Assembly: GCA_002633005.1 (NCBI GenBank)
Contig: NMRA01000106.1
Span: 539,655 to 603,654, forward strand
Length of the DNA stretch: 64,000 nt
Source: Phoronis australis
Lineage: Eukaryota; Animalia; Phoronida
Reading direction: 5' to 3'
The position numbers and the translations under genes were made by a program. Positions 26,601-39,032 of the stretch are shown piece by piece. The notes under the pieces are model-generated. The model saw only the letters and a list, made by a program, of their open reading frames with translations, did no database searches and was not told the origin of the DNA. Numbering within the stretch: position 1 is the first letter of the stretch; each line of letters opens with the position of its first letter.

Positions 26601-29600
26601 TGGTTACTAGTAATGCCTCTTTGGTGTAATTTTCCTCATTGTTTAGTTTAATTATCCACATTGTTTAGTGTAATTATCCACATGGTTTAGAATAATTATC
26701 CACATTGTTTATGATGTGATGGTTTGCCACATGAAATCCTACAACTAGATAACTACACAGAATGGTATGAAAGTCACATTTCAAATCAGCCATCCAGGAA
26801 AACACACAACTCCAACTTTTTGTTTTAAATACCATGTTCAGTATGACACATACATTGATCTTCAGTAAGAATAAGTTTCTCATATCGCACCTCTTGATTT
26901 GATTTCCATTCAGACGAAGACATTCTAAACCCTCCAGTGATTTTGGGTTACCCAGTTCAATCTTTGAATAACCTTTAAGAAAACAAATAATTCAACATAC
27001 ATGCTATTAATAATAGTTTATCAACATTAGTTATTAAGTACAGGTAAAAGCTAAATTGATTCAGAACGTAAAATGTAATTACACTGTCTAATAATATTAT
27101 TCAAATACTATTTTATGCAAATACATTCTGCAATTCAAACAAAATGCGTTGGTATCAGTAAGAAAAACACAATTCCCTCTCGGCCCATCAATTCATGTAC
27201 AATTCCCATATTGCAACAGAAAAATCAATCTGTAAAAGACAGTGCTAGCTCAGTATCAGATCTACACATACAATGTCAAAAATTTTTAATTCAATTTTGG
27301 GCCAAGCATCAGCCTTCAGGCAAGCACACACTTCTATTAAATTATTTCTTTATGAAATCCTTTTCAGCTACATGTACGTCCCCATACTGTAACATCATAG
27401 CAAACCCAAAATGTAGTTTTTGTTCATGTTTTCAGATGAAACCCTTTGTTTTTAAAACGGCCTTTTGGCAACTTACCCATTCACTGCCAAACAGCTGGTT
27501 GGCAAGTTAAAAAGGGATAACCACACCTTAACAGTGGGCAGGACGTCAGTTTTATCCAATGATGAATAAAATTCAAGTTTTTTGATTGTTTTAAAGAAAT
27601 TTCTGTCGAATGCTTAACTGTCGCATTCAGTTTCATGCAGTGGACTATAAATTGACAATCTTCCATCTTTATCCAGCTCAAATTCTGATTTCAGATCCAA
27701 GTTTTTGCAAAGTCAGACGTGAGATGAGGTATCTACCACAGCAAGCGTAAGAATTTGAAAGTCACTGATAGAAAACATTCAGGGTACCAGAGTACAAACA
27801 CTATGCAGTGAGGACTTCCAAGTGCCTAGCTATAGGAACAATTGCAAGGCACTGGTACATTTCAATATGAACGAGTGCAATACACACAATCTCAAAACAA
27901 CAGTTAGGTTACTATCAAATTCGCATTTTATCAGTGACTTCCACAATCTAATGAATGACTGGATAGCACGTGTTCAAATTTGCCATTCCATATATGGCTG
28001 CCTCAACATAAAACGTTACATCATAAAACAAAGTAAGGGATCTTTCCCCGAGTTTCATAACAATTGTCCAACAAACAACAACTTTAGAGCTTTTTAGTAA
28101 TTGCATCCATGTTCTACGTATCCTGAAAATTTGCTTGGCACTGGGAAAATCAGTTCTGAAAACACTTGGCAGTAAAAGAGTTAAAAATCATTAAAATTAA
28201 AACTTAACTTCTCTCTAAGGTACCGGCCTACTTTCCTCACCAGGATAACTTTTAATTTCCTTTATATCGTTTAAATATTGAATTCCAACTCATAAAACCA
28301 TTTATGATTCCATACAGTATTATTTAAGGTGCTGAAGTTGTGCAGGACAGTAATACCCTGGCTGTTAGTTGGCATTCCCATCCTTTTGCTTCTCGATTTA
28401 TTTGCACTATAGTTACTAGAAGACTTCATAAATTTTCAAGACTTCAGGAAAAAAAACCACAAACAAGACTAACATGAGTGCACCAAGTGACAATTTGAAT
28501 GTTTGAAAATATGTGATAAAATTTCAAAAATTTAGGACACAATATGATGGAGAAGTGAAATTTTATTCTCTCATCTGTTCTTAAAAGATTTGTGGCACTA
28601 AATTAACGAGATATTTAAGTGTTCCACACCTACAAAGAGGCAATATTTTGAAATTAGTCCTCAACGACTTTAGAAATTAAAAGGAAGTTACCTTTGGCAA
28701 TTATCTTGTGATCATCAAACCTTGGAAAAATATGGGTTGAAAGTGAGGAAGAGGCATTTACCTTAAAAGGGCCCTGAAACGCGATGAACAGACTAAATTG
28801 CAATATTGAAAGTGGTTCTCTGCCACTGAAACAATTCAACCTGTTCACCAGGTATTTTTACAGTTTTGGCATAAAGATTTTTAATTTAAAAAACAATCTG
28901 TCAACTACTCGCCACTTCGTCGATTCTTTTCCCACAAGACAAAGCACGTCTCCTTACTTGGTATGGCAACATAGACATAGCACATTTCCCTTATATGGAA
29001 AATGTGACCTTTGACCTAAAATGACTTCAAGCAACTGACTGAGCGCATGCGCACATTAAGTGGATGGAGATTAGAAACTATGTGGTGCTACACTTTTTCC
29101 TTCACGCGTATTTCAAAATATAATGCATTTTGTGATTTTTTTGGAAATTTCCTCACAGGGGAAAGTATTCTGTACTCTCTGGATGTTGCGAGATGCTACT
29201 TTCGTCACACGTGTTTAAAAGATATTTTTGACAAACTTTCGCGTTCCATGCCTCTTTAAGCAGCTATGACATTGTGCTCTGACCAAGAAGCAAGCTTTTG
29301 ATTTAGAGAATTTACTGATCTAAAATTGGACTCAACGTGTTTCTTAATCAGATGAGAAGTGATTTCTGATTTTCCAAAGAACTGGTATTTGATCCCTCGA
29401 GACCACGCTCAGTGAATATAATGACAAACCAACTTATAGAGCCTGGATTAAGACAATAATGAAAGCTCTGAAATCACCTCCAATCTGACTAGGCAACAGT
29501 TTGAGACCAATCTCATAATAATAAGCCATTTAAATCAAGAGCTGATTTTTTGATGGAAATTGGATTTAATTACCGCTTCACGTCAAATACTACCAAGTAA

Positions 29601-32600
29601 CGAATGTTTGAAAATTCAGCCAACCAATATCTATAGCCCAAAGCTACCTCCCTCTCAATGTCAAAAGTGAGTGTTTGAGGTGGCAAGCTGATTTTCTTCC
29701 AAAACAGGAAAACTAAGGCTGTGGAATTCATGTTTTCACAGCATGCATTGCCCAGTGCCTTTGTATACTGCAAGCAAGTTCCTTTTCAAAACACATTCAA
29801 TAAAGTCTGCGTGAAGTAAAAAACAATCCAACAAATTTCCATTAATCTGATGCTAAGACAGTAGCTGCATACCATTTTCACAGACATGCAACTCCTTTAG
29901 ACAGGGGAGATAAGAACAGAGCAACATGATGTCTCGCCAACTGATCCCCGTACTGTTCATAACCAAGTTCTCGACACCAGTCAGTTGTCTGTTCCACTTT
30001 TCAAGAGCATCCTGAAACGAACAATTCATTAGGATGAAGGGTAGAGAAAAAAGTAATGTAATTGTTTCTAAAATTTGGTACAAGCTCCGGTCTTGAGCAA
30101 ATTTTTTCACTGGACCAAATTGAAGAATTTTTACCAGCATCCAGACAGTACATAATTTCAGCAAAATAATATGTCCTTGACCAAGTTCACATAGCCAGGA
30201 ACCAATTCCCTGCTTTTGTGGAGAAAAACAATTACAAAAGACAAAATTATGATTATCCTGAAGCATTTCAAAAGTTTCCGAGGGTTTGCATTTCTCCCAC
30301 GGCATGAGAAAACTGGGTTCCTTTCCAGAGAACATGATATAAAAATGCACAACCATCAACAAAGCAATTTCAAATTCCCTTTTAATATTTTGCTCCAATG
30401 AATGTAGTCGATGGACACAGTTACAAGGCTGAGTCTCTGCGCTCCTTTAAATCCCAATGATGGACCAACAGCCATCAATACCTATACCCCCTCCTCCAAA
30501 TTCCACAAAGTTGAACACATTCGCCAAAAATGCTCAATATACAGGATGAACTCCATACGAAGGGACAAGTCCCGGTGAGGAATTTGGTCCCTCAGACTAA
30601 AGTTTGGTCACCAGGTATGAGGCATTCTTGGCACATGTATAATTCAGGGATTTGTACTGCCGGTTTGGTGTCTACATGTCTGAGAATGGTATAGAGGACA
30701 TTAGCTGGATTAAGAGACAGAAACGTGGAATGGAATAATTTCTATACCTCTACAATGCCCACTGTAGTAGGAGATCGTATGCTTACATCTCCAATTAAGA
30801 CATGAAGTACATACTCCTTAGATGATTAATGGGCTTTTCATGTGACAAAAATATGTTTGTTAAAAAGCATCAAGTTTAACAGGAACATGACACCAACTAC
30901 TCAACAGATCACTTTCCATTCACAACCACAGGCTGGAAAAACAATTTATTTTGCTTTTGGACTGAAAAAAGAATTATTTTGCCTGCTTAATTTGTTATAA
31001 GCTGGACCTCAGCCAGGCTTTTTGTGATGCACAAACCGTGAGAAAAAGGTGGAATGGTAATGTCAACACATAGACTTTATTTGCAAGTCTCGAAGGGCAT
31101 TTGATTTTCTCCAATAACTCAACATGACTTTGCTATCAACAAAAATCTGATACTTGTTCCAGAAGTACTCACAATTGTTTCTCCATCCACCCAAACTAAA
31201 CATTAGCTTTAATTTCAACAGAATTTTTCATGCTCTTTGTGATTTTCAGTTGTTCTTCTTTTACTTAATTGTGTTTTGCATGACAGTAAATTTATCTTAT
31301 GAAGTTGTGGCAATATATATCACTTCTGATTCAATAAGTTGCGGCAATATATATCACATCTAATTCAATAAGTCATGGCAATGTATATCACATCTGATTC
31401 AATAAGTAGTGGCAATGTATATCACATCTGATTCAATAAGTTGTGGCAATATATATCACACATCTGATTCAATAAGTTGTGGCAATATATATCACACATC
31501 TGATTCAATAAGTTGTGGCAATATATATCACACATCTGATTCAATAAGTTGTGGCAATATATATCACACATCTGATTCAATAAGTTGTGGCAATATATAT
31601 ATCACATCTGAATCAATAAGTTGTGGCAATATATATCACACATGTGATTCAATAAGTTGTGGCTTATACATCACACATCTGATTCAATAAGCTGTGGCAA
31701 TATATATCACATCTGATTCAATACTTCACTGTTGTAATTTACTATTACAAGGAGACTAGGCTAGCGATTTCCTACCTGACAGTTAATCAAAGGATTGCCA
31801 CTGATGTTAAAAAACTTCACACGGGGTAGTTCAGCAAGCAGTGTCAGGCAGTCAGCACAAGTGAGGTGATTGTTAGACAGATCAAGGTCCACTATGTTAG
31901 GGCATAACTTGGCCAGTCCACCTGTTGGAAATCCCAAGTGAGAGAGGCGACACCTGTCTAATACCTGAAAGTAGAAATTTTAAAAGATTTAAATCTTAAA
32001 AGCCTGAAACAAAGAGTAAAAGTGTCTCGTAACATATTTGTAAGGTCCAGCATGTACAACATTAAAGTAATAATGCAATATATGTCATACACTGACTATA
32101 TACCTTTAGTGTACTATACAGTGTACAATAAGCTAACTATACGTCTTGCATCATCTATCATTTTCATCTGAAAATTTCGAAGCACACCACACAGGACAGT
32201 GACACATAAAATGAAGCTCATCTTCAATCTGACCAGTGTTGGAGATGTCACCAATTCTTTAACTCTTGGGTAGACCTGTATGGCGTACTTTTTCAATTTA
32301 AAGCTTGACGTGTATTGAGCACCAAAACTGAACGTGAGTATTTGCCTCGGATAGGAGTCTAAACAGTACGGGTATTTCTCACAACACAGTTCCGTTCTGA
32401 TAATACTCTTGTTCTTGGTTCAAGTGACCACACTCTCTACAGAGTATTATGTCACAGACTGTATAATGTAAATGAAAATCATCAAAGACAAAAACAGCTA
32501 TAAACAAGTTTAAAAATACATACATAGTGGACGACGCTTCATTTGGTTAACATAACTAGGTCGTTTACAGATGGGGCAGGCACTTGCGTGGCTGCCACAG

Positions 32601-34849
32601 ATGGAGGCACCTAACTATGTTACTTCAGAAAGGCAGATAGCTTGCTGACAAAGATGTCAAGAGACGGAACCGATGTAATGTAGTCTGGCAAGCTATTCCA
32701 GTCCACGACGGTTCTAGGAAAGAATGTCTTTTCCTGTAATCTGTCACATTTGTTAGAAAATGTTATAATTGGATGACCTTTCTGGCACGGATACCAAAGA
32801 GAGCAGGATCTGCAACAGGGGCAACATCAGAGTTGATGATCACTCCAACTTTTTATCATACTTGTGAAACACTTTCAGCGTAGATTTTGAATCTGTGGCT
32901 GAGGGTAGGCCAGTTCAAGGTTTCTAACAGTGACCTAACAGAGGACAGGCTCAACTGAACAGTATCGTGACCCAATGAGCAGCTCTCCTTTGTACTTTCT
33001 CTACAGCAGTAATACTTTTGTGGGTATAGGGGTCCCAAACAATAGAGGCATATTCCAAGGTGGGTGGAACCATTGTTTTATGCGCAAAACTCCTTAAATC
33101 ATTGTCTGCTTATACGCAAGTTTCGCTGAAGAAACCCTAGTTTTATTTGCTTACTAGTATGCGGGATGACCATTTGAGGTCATGTGAGATGGTAACGCCC
33201 ATATATTTAGCCTCCTTGACTGACTCTAGCAAGTGATTGTGAAGTACACACGAGGTTGGCTGGATAATACATTAAAATAATGAATTATTAATTACAATTC
33301 TGAATGTCAGACAATTAGTCTCTGACAAAATTCAGATAGAAATCAATGTCACCCGGCCAAAAAATGTTCTGTGCAGTATATGAATCTGTGCAATATGTGA
33401 TGACGTCATTTGCACCTGTGATGTCATCCACATACAGCACAGAGAGAGCAAATTCGCTGCGTGGTATACCAATCTGCTCACATTACAAATCTTACCACGT
33501 GATTGAATGTGGAACGCTTGTTATGAGCACACCTGATGACCCAGTGATTATTGTGTAATGTGTATGCATTCTAATTGACATGTCTGGACAAGCGTATACT
33601 GAAGTAGGATGCATAGACATCCATCTTGTATCCTTAAACAATAACACTAGTACAAGAAATTCAGCGAAAGCCTAGTTTACAGCAGAACATAACCATACTT
33701 ATCCAAAACACAAAAGGAATCATTTTCAAAAATTATACGATCATGCTCCGTAGAGTAATAGGAGAGAGTGCTGTTACACGTAAAACATAGAAAGGTTTTG
33801 TAACATAGTGTGAGGTTTAGTATATTATCTTCAACCTATAGGTAAGTATTTGCTGATAATCCGTTCATGCGTAACTGGTGGTCTTTGCCCTTCATACCTG
33901 GCCTTGCCCATGGACGGTTGACCAGTGACCAGTGTTGACGACTTTGTTAATAAGTAAAATGTTTATTTTACATGGTTATAGAACAGATTAACAGCAAAAC
34001 AGTAGCAAAAGTGCTAGTGACCCATATAAAATGAGAAATTAATGTGTACAAATGAGGTAGAAGGGCTATGCACAGAAAGTTTACAAACATACATGACTTA
34101 TCAAGCATCAAAAGACAGTATATATTTGACAGTGTAGGCAAAGTTGGCATTCACAAGCACAAGCTTGGCTTATATGGTGACTAAAACCATTTGTAAAGAT
34201 TTTGAGATCTTGGCAACATTCAGGTAACTTGTTGAATGTTCCACTAAGATACCCCCTGGTGGTGAATAGAATTAAGCTCATAGGGAATAGGATGTAGTGG
34301 TGAACCTTACAACACCATAGTGTTTTTCTCCCGTACCTCACACAGGCGTCCTCAGCTTCTGATCATCCTCATATAGTGTATTGGGAAATATCAGAAGCTG
34401 AGAACGCCTTTGGTACCTCATACGGCAGACTTTGAGCAACACCTTGGAGAGGGTAAGGGCCTATCTGAGTAACTGATTCATATGCCACCCCAAGACATTG
34501 AAGTACTAGCCTTTGAACAAAAAAGCGGAGTGAAGTTTGATTTAGACAGTAAGATGGAATACGACGACTGCATTGAACAATGATTTAACGAGTACTTGAT
34601 ACGATGTCTTGCGATAACACTGCACAAAGAAATTACCACGTTCCGCAAATATCCAAGCTCAGCTTCCGAATCGTTCTTGGGTTTTGAAACAAATTCAATG
34701 ACGAATCCATTTGTTTCGAGATCATCATCGCCTGTACAATATTTCTCTTTCAAAGCTTCAACAAACGAAATTTTTCGAGGTAATCGCTCTTTTGTGGTTC
34801 TCGCAATGCTTCGGCTGTATCTGTTTTGCCTTGCAGCTGTGGCAGCCAT
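14501..34849 (-). CDS. TBCEL: Tubulin-specific chaperone cofactor E-like protein (LRR + C-terminal ubiquitin-like domain, no CAP-Gly), 9 coding exons, 542 aa
   Basis: Exons 34849-34637, 31964-31776, 30011-29873, 26972-26891, 26405-25922, 22432-22374, 18363-18227, 17293-17125, 14657-14501 (1629 nt; GT-AG; phases consistent). Motifs SFVEALKEKY, LCPNIVDLDLSNNHL, LVMNSTGISW, FPSLSSVRLKG, EEDRRKLFIASLP, LNSSEVTCTERDKAERHFIRFF, DGDQIIV correspond to TBCEL. Confidence 0.9.
17125..17293 (-). CDS. TBCEL: TBCEL coding exon 8
   Basis: tttcgtag|(G)KMNQLVDVDIG..VGKLRIYVSKTIGLLL ag|gtatct. Confidence 0.85.
18227..18363 (-). CDS. TBCEL: TBCEL coding exon 7
   Basis: ttcttccag|(S)LPNIQFLNSSEV..AERHFIRFF..DKH g|gtaact. 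Confidence 0.9.
18682..21845 (+). mobile_element. Academ (AcademX-like) DNA transposon, internally deleted, in TBCEL intron 6
   Basis: Perfect termini TAGTCGGTGGGCCAGAT / ATCTGGCCCACCGACTA extending as an imperfect ~140-bp TIR; 3-bp TSD TAA on both sides. Decayed coding pieces: CIIC (~19375), DKDLV..EAKYH..CY (~20380) and a C-terminal Cys-rich finger CKCKKNMC..CTEMCSCDNCSN (~20950-21050). Confidence 0.8.
22374..22432 (-). CDS. TBCEL: TBCEL coding exon 6
   Basis: actcag|GISLAKTVPEEDRRKLFIA ag|gtaaga. Confidence 0.9.
24600..25430 (-). mobile_element. Highly decayed LINE RT remnant in TBCEL intron 5 (tentative)
   Basis: Minus-strand FSDDTA (FADD-like) at ~24815-24830 and a weak WIKS-type motif at ~25090; many disruptions. 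Confidence 0.3.
25922..26405 (-). CDS. TBCEL: TBCEL coding exon 5 (includes acidic/polar insertion)
   Basis: ttcttcag|(R)WEEIWKLHSLNQLRSLVLSKNPL...FPSLSSVRLK|gtaagt. Confidence 0.9.
26891..26972 (-). CDS. TBCEL: TBCEL coding exon 4
   Basis: ttcttaaag|(G)YSKIELGNPKSLEGLECLRLNGNQIK ag|gtgcga. Confidence 0.85.
28767..29255. mobile_element. TTAA-flanked (Kolobok-like) MITE, copy 1
   Basis: ttaa|aagggccctgaaacgcg ... cgcgttccatgcctct|ttaa. Internal aagtggttctctgccactga and gagcgcatgcgc are shared with the copy at ~52367-52797. Confidence 0.6.
29873..30011 (-). CDS. TBCEL: TBCEL coding exon 3
   Basis: tttcag|DALEKW..LKELHVCEN g|gtatgc. Confidence 0.9.
31304..31722. repeat. Minisatellite, ~12 copies of a 34-36 bp unit (ttgtggcaatatatatcacacatctgattcaataag), in TBCEL intron 2
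   Basis: Direct tandem units read from the sequence with no spacers. Confidence 0.95.
31776..31964 (-). CDS. TBCEL: TBCEL coding exon 2
   Basis: ctttcag|VLDRCRLSHLG..DLDLSNNHL..NISGNPLINCQ|gtagga. Confidence 0.9.
32570..33270 (-). mobile_element. CR1-group LINE 3' fragment (RT C-terminal region), decayed
   Basis: Minus-strand KYMGVTISHDL.W, LGFLQRNL, KTMVPPTLEYASIVWDPY, LLETLNWPTL with frameshifts. Confidence 0.7.
34343..34410. repeat. Short hairpin MITE-like repeat, copy 2 (family of the 4340-4440 element)
   Basis: caggcgtcctcagcttctgat ... atcagaagctgagaacgcct inverted repeat. Confidence 0.55.
34637..34849 (-). CDS. TBCEL: TBCEL coding exon 1
   Basis: ATG 34849; ..SFVEALKEKY..YLRNV|gtaatt. 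Confidence 0.85.
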
Positions 34850-35138
34850 TGTATTAACAGGTATTCCATTAACAAATATGCTACTCGTTCTATTTTAGTG
34901 AATTACCAACTCATCCGTTGAACACTTTTAAAAATAGGTCATGTTTTGTATCGACGGAGTGACTACTTGCTTGCATATTGATTGGTCAAAATACTCTTCC
35001 CTTTACTCTCTGGTTCACTGCATGTCCGCTAGGAGGACAGGCAGGGAAACAGCAGTGACTAGCCGTGGTACCGGGCGGGCAGATCGTCGGGCTAGGCATC
35101 CGGTACTGCACGTCCAGCACAGGCTACCGATCTTGACC

Positions 35139-36180
35139 CAGTGGTGGATCTAGGATATTACAAGGGGGGCCAACATCGTGTCTGTAAACATTTACGCAAA
35201 GCACGATTGTAGATGCGCATAGCACCGAATGGGGGGAGGTCGGNGTGGTTGCCCCTAGCTCCCGCCCAGGAAATTTTTTTTTTTGTTTTTCCTCTAAATA
35301 TCAAGCAGATTCATTGATTCCTGTAGTATTATCCAAGAAAACAAGGCAAAGAAAAATAAATACGGAGAACGTATCAAACTTGAAAAAATGCACTTACAAA
35401 GACTGAAACTCACGACTGGCGCTTCAGCGCGCGTGCTTTACCGCTGCACCACCACGATTTTACTCGCAAAAATGATACTAAGAGACCTACTTGTTTATTG
35501 TCCACAGTGTTTGCGCGCGAAACCTACTTCATTTTTAATGCTTCACTTTTTATATTTCAAAGTTGTGCAATCAGTTCGTAACAAATGTATTGTATTTAAA
35601 TATTTTGGCTTCAATTGCCCAAAAGACCAAATCCGTTTTTTTGTGTGTAGGCATTAATGACGATTGCTTTGGAAATCGTCTTAAGTTAAGGTTTGACAAA
35701 GAGAAAATTATGAGTTTCTGAGGGATTCACTAAGGCTTCGATTAAAATTCACATCTTCCAGCTGCTTCTGTTTTTTCGTCGTCACTCAGATTCCATTTTG
35801 AAGTAAAAATGAAGGAATTTTCTTCATTGCACAGTGAAGGAGACGACGGAAACGGAGTCGTAGTGCGCAGCTCCACTGCCGGTCGCCTGGGATATCGCGG
35901 GAGAGTCTATACTTAGTCACGCCGTGTTCCGAATTTGACACTTTTTTTAACCTCCCCCCATGCGAAGTGGGCATAAAGTTCCTTCCCTGAGAGCTGAGAG
36001 GCAAGAAGTCCGAGAAAATTGGACAAAAGTCCACTAAAAAAGCGCAAACGTGCGCAATTCACAATGGTGCTCCCGTTTTTTTTTTATTTTTTAAGCCGAC
36101 CGCTCTTTTGTTAGCAAAGGGTCCACAACGTCGGGAATTCGAGCTCCCCCCATCTTGAAGGCTGCTTGGGTGCGCGCATG
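35139..36180 (+). mobile_element. Chimeric non-autonomous hAT-like element (family A for ~800 bp, then the right end of family B)
   Basis: 35139-~35945 is an inverted homologue of ~40000-40795; ~35950-36180 matches ~60380-60546 and ends gggtgcgcgcatg. Confidence 0.7.
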
Positions 36181-36372
36181 CAACATGTTCGGTTCTATAG
36201 CCCAACAACAAGTTGGGAAGAACACCCCTGTTGCCAATATCTTACACGACTGATTAACTCCATTCTGGCATTTATGGTTGGAGGACCAGCTCTCTTTTGT
36301 TCAATAATTGCTCTAATCTCCAGTAAGATCATATCTAGCCTGACTGGGCTGTGCTGCTAAAATAGAAATTAA

Positions 36373-37669
36373 AGGCGAAGGCAACCTTTTTCATGTCACT
36401 TGTCTTTTAGCAAAAATAAAGTTCGTCTACTATCCCAGACACATTTTTCACTTAATCACAGCTCTTCGTAATTTGATTAATTTCTCGTCCTCTACTCCGG
36501 AAGTGACGTTTTGGGAGGCAAGAGTTTCACGCCAATTTCTTTTCATTATAGTCTGACTATGAGAGCTGTCGAGTCAGTCATTGTTCAATATCGGCTATGA
36601 TAAGTTCGGTCGTCGTTTGCTTTTGTTTACTAGTCAGTCAACATGTCACGCTGTTGCTGCGTGCCGGGATGTACTCATTATCGTCTCACACGCGCTTTGG
36701 GTACCTTGCGTCGCTTTCCGAAGGATGACACACTTCGCCGTACTTGGCTAGCTCGTTCATGTGAAGAACGCAGCGCTACCCGCTCACGCAACGTACAAAG
36801 CAGTCAGATTACGACAGAGATGTGTACGCTGAATTGATGAAGGTCCTTCCTAAACAACGCCTGAAGAAGGGTACCTTACCGTCGCTGTTGATTCCCGGCA
36901 GTGCCCCGTCGTCAACCCCGAGAAGTGCGTTTTTGAAGCGAGAAGCCTCGCGAGCTGTGGCCACTATGTATACAGTGACTGAAGGCACTTCATCTACTGT
37001 CACCCGTGCCTCCGAACGTACCCCCATTGCGTGCAATTCCGGGAACTAGCAGTGATTCGCCGCTGTGCTGTTGTCTCTAGCCCAGAGCCTGTAAGCAGCC
37101 CTGCAGCGATGTTGAGTAGTGGGAGTGAATACATGCCCAGTTCGACACCCAGTGAAGAGGACAGTTCGTCATCCAATTAACAGATCGGTGAGCCTTGAAG
37201 TTTGATAAGTTGTGGACTTGTATTGGAGCTATTTAGAAGGTGCCAGGTGTGTGGCGAGGGAGTCACACTGCGGGATGTAAGCAGTTTAGGTGCTCAGATC
37301 ACCCTCCAGTCGAGTGTGTCGCGGGACACTCGGGCAAGTGGGACAGTTCTTCCTCTGTACGTGAGACGATCATGAGTACACCCCAGTACGCAGCAACAGC
37401 GTGGCATGTTGACTGACTCCGTGTAAGCAAAAGCAAACGACGACCGAACTTATCACAACCGAGGTAGAACAATGACTGACTCGACTGCTCTCAGAGTCAG
37501 ACTAAAGACATTGGCGCGAAATTCTTGCCTCCCAAAACGTCACTTTCGGAGTAGACGACGAGTAATTAATTACATTACGAAAATCAGTAAATAAGTGAAA
37601 AATATGTCTGGGATAATCAACGAACCTTATTTTTGCTAAAAATGACATGAAAAAAGGTTGCCTTCGCCT
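36373..37669 (+). mobile_element. Kolobok DNA transposon, internally deleted, with THAP-domain ORF remnant
   Basis: ttaa|AGGCGAAGGCAACCTTTTT ... AAAAAGGTTGCCTTCGCCT|ttaa with ~260-bp TIRs. THAP motifs CCVPGC..RFPKD...RRTW..RLKKGTLPSL (36643-36890, frameshifted) and LELFRRCQVC..C..GH.GKWDSS remnant. Confidence 0.85.
36643..36890 (+). pseudogene. THAP zinc-finger N-terminus of the Kolobok transposase (frameshifted)
   Basis: MSRCCCVPGCT..RRFPKDDTLRRTWLAR in one frame, RLKKGTLPSL in the next. Confidence 0.75.
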
Positions 37670-37959
37670 TTAAGTTGTAACATATTTGAACATAATCCAA
37701 TAACATTTCTGAAATCCTCGTCAAATGGTAATCATGTTTAGTTTCTGAATTGCCAAAATCGCTCAACTACAACCGAAGTCACGACAATCTGTTCTTTCTG
37801 AATTCGCTCTGGGTTTGACTGTGTTCACAAGTGGTCTGGTAAATAATTGGCCTGCCTGTTTTCACTCATACCAGACAAAAGGCTGTGTTCGGCAGTTAAC
37901 AAAGAACCTCCTACGTCTCAGTGGTAAAGTCACTGAACGTTAAAACGCCGTCATGTCAT

Positions 37960-39032
37960 CAACTGTCACCCGTGCCTCCGAACGTACCCCCAGAGCGCGT
38001 GCAATTCCGGGAACTAGCACTGATTCGCCCTGTGCTGTTGTCTCTAGCCCAGAGCCTGTAAGCAGACCTGCAAGGATGTTCAGTATATAGTGGAATACAG
38101 ACCCAGTTCGACACCCCGTGAGGAGGAAAGTTCGTTGTCCAGTGAACAGGCCGGTGAGCCAAGTATAATGTGGACTTGTCTAAAGTATTGGAGCTATTTA
38201 GAAGGTGCCAAGTGTACGTACGTTTGACGAGGAAGTCACATGGCGGTATGTAGGCCTAAGCGGTTTGGGTGTTCAGGTCTCCATCCAGTGGGAACTGCTG
38301 CATGGCATTCCATTGAGGTTGGCATAACAGCAGTTACCGTGCATTCTTGCACCAAGACGTCCCACCACGTCTGTCTCCAGTCTCTCTGCCTGATTCATCT
38401 CAACAATTTCCTGTGCCTGTGCGTACTCACGACTCGGGCTTAAACATTTCCCACCCACAGACTGTCCGTGAAAACATTCCTCGTCACCACTGCTATGAAC
38501 AATGTGTCCGTCAATCACGTATGGGCGGCGCACCATAAGGGGCTGGAGGGCTATATCTCCCCACTTTTTCCAGTGCCGCGCCGCCCACGGTGTTTGGGTG
38601 GTGCACCACAGGGGGGCTGGGTGGCTATAGCCCCCCACTTTTTTAGTGCTGCGCCGTCGATGTCACGTCAGTGCAGTCACTGTGATATAGGTCGCAAACA
38701 CCAGTTATATTCAGGTTACTACAATTCCTAAATCCAACGTAAATGAGTTCTCTTACAACCTAGCTTGTCGTAGAATACTCGTCGGTGGGAAGTGGTGAAG
38801 ACAATTTTAGAGAACGACACGAAAACAACAGTAATACAGATCCTCACATAGTAAACTCGAACGCAGAACCAAATTGGCGCGTAATTCTTGACACCCTAAA
38901 CGTCACTTCCTGAGAAGGGGACGAGTAATTAATTAAATTACGAGAAGCTGTAATTAACTTAAAAAGTATGTCTGGGATAATCAACGAACCTTATTTTACT
39001 TAAAATGACTTGAAAAAGCTTTGCCTTCGCCT
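37960..39032 (+). mobile_element. Second, 5'-truncated Kolobok copy
   Basis: 37960-38290 is a diverged direct copy of ~36995-37330; ends in the same right TIR ...ttgccttcgcct|ttaa. Confidence 0.8.
38520..38662. repeat. Two tandem ~70-bp GC-rich mini-MITEs nested in Kolobok copy 2
   Basis: tgggcggcgcacca..gggggctgg..gctata..ccccacttttt..gtgc(c/t)gcgccg repeated twice, each with inverted ends. Confidence 0.55.

Noticed and set aside
31304-31722. CRISPR-like array (36-bp repeats) or repeat protein ORF 31409-31690
   Set aside because: Units are contiguous with no unique spacers, the context is eukaryotic and intronic, and the ORF only reflects a unit length divisible by three.
14501-34849. Calling the gene TBCE rather than TBCEL
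   Set aside because: No N-terminal CAP-Gly domain; the protein starts just before the SF..AL.EKY helix as TBCEL does.
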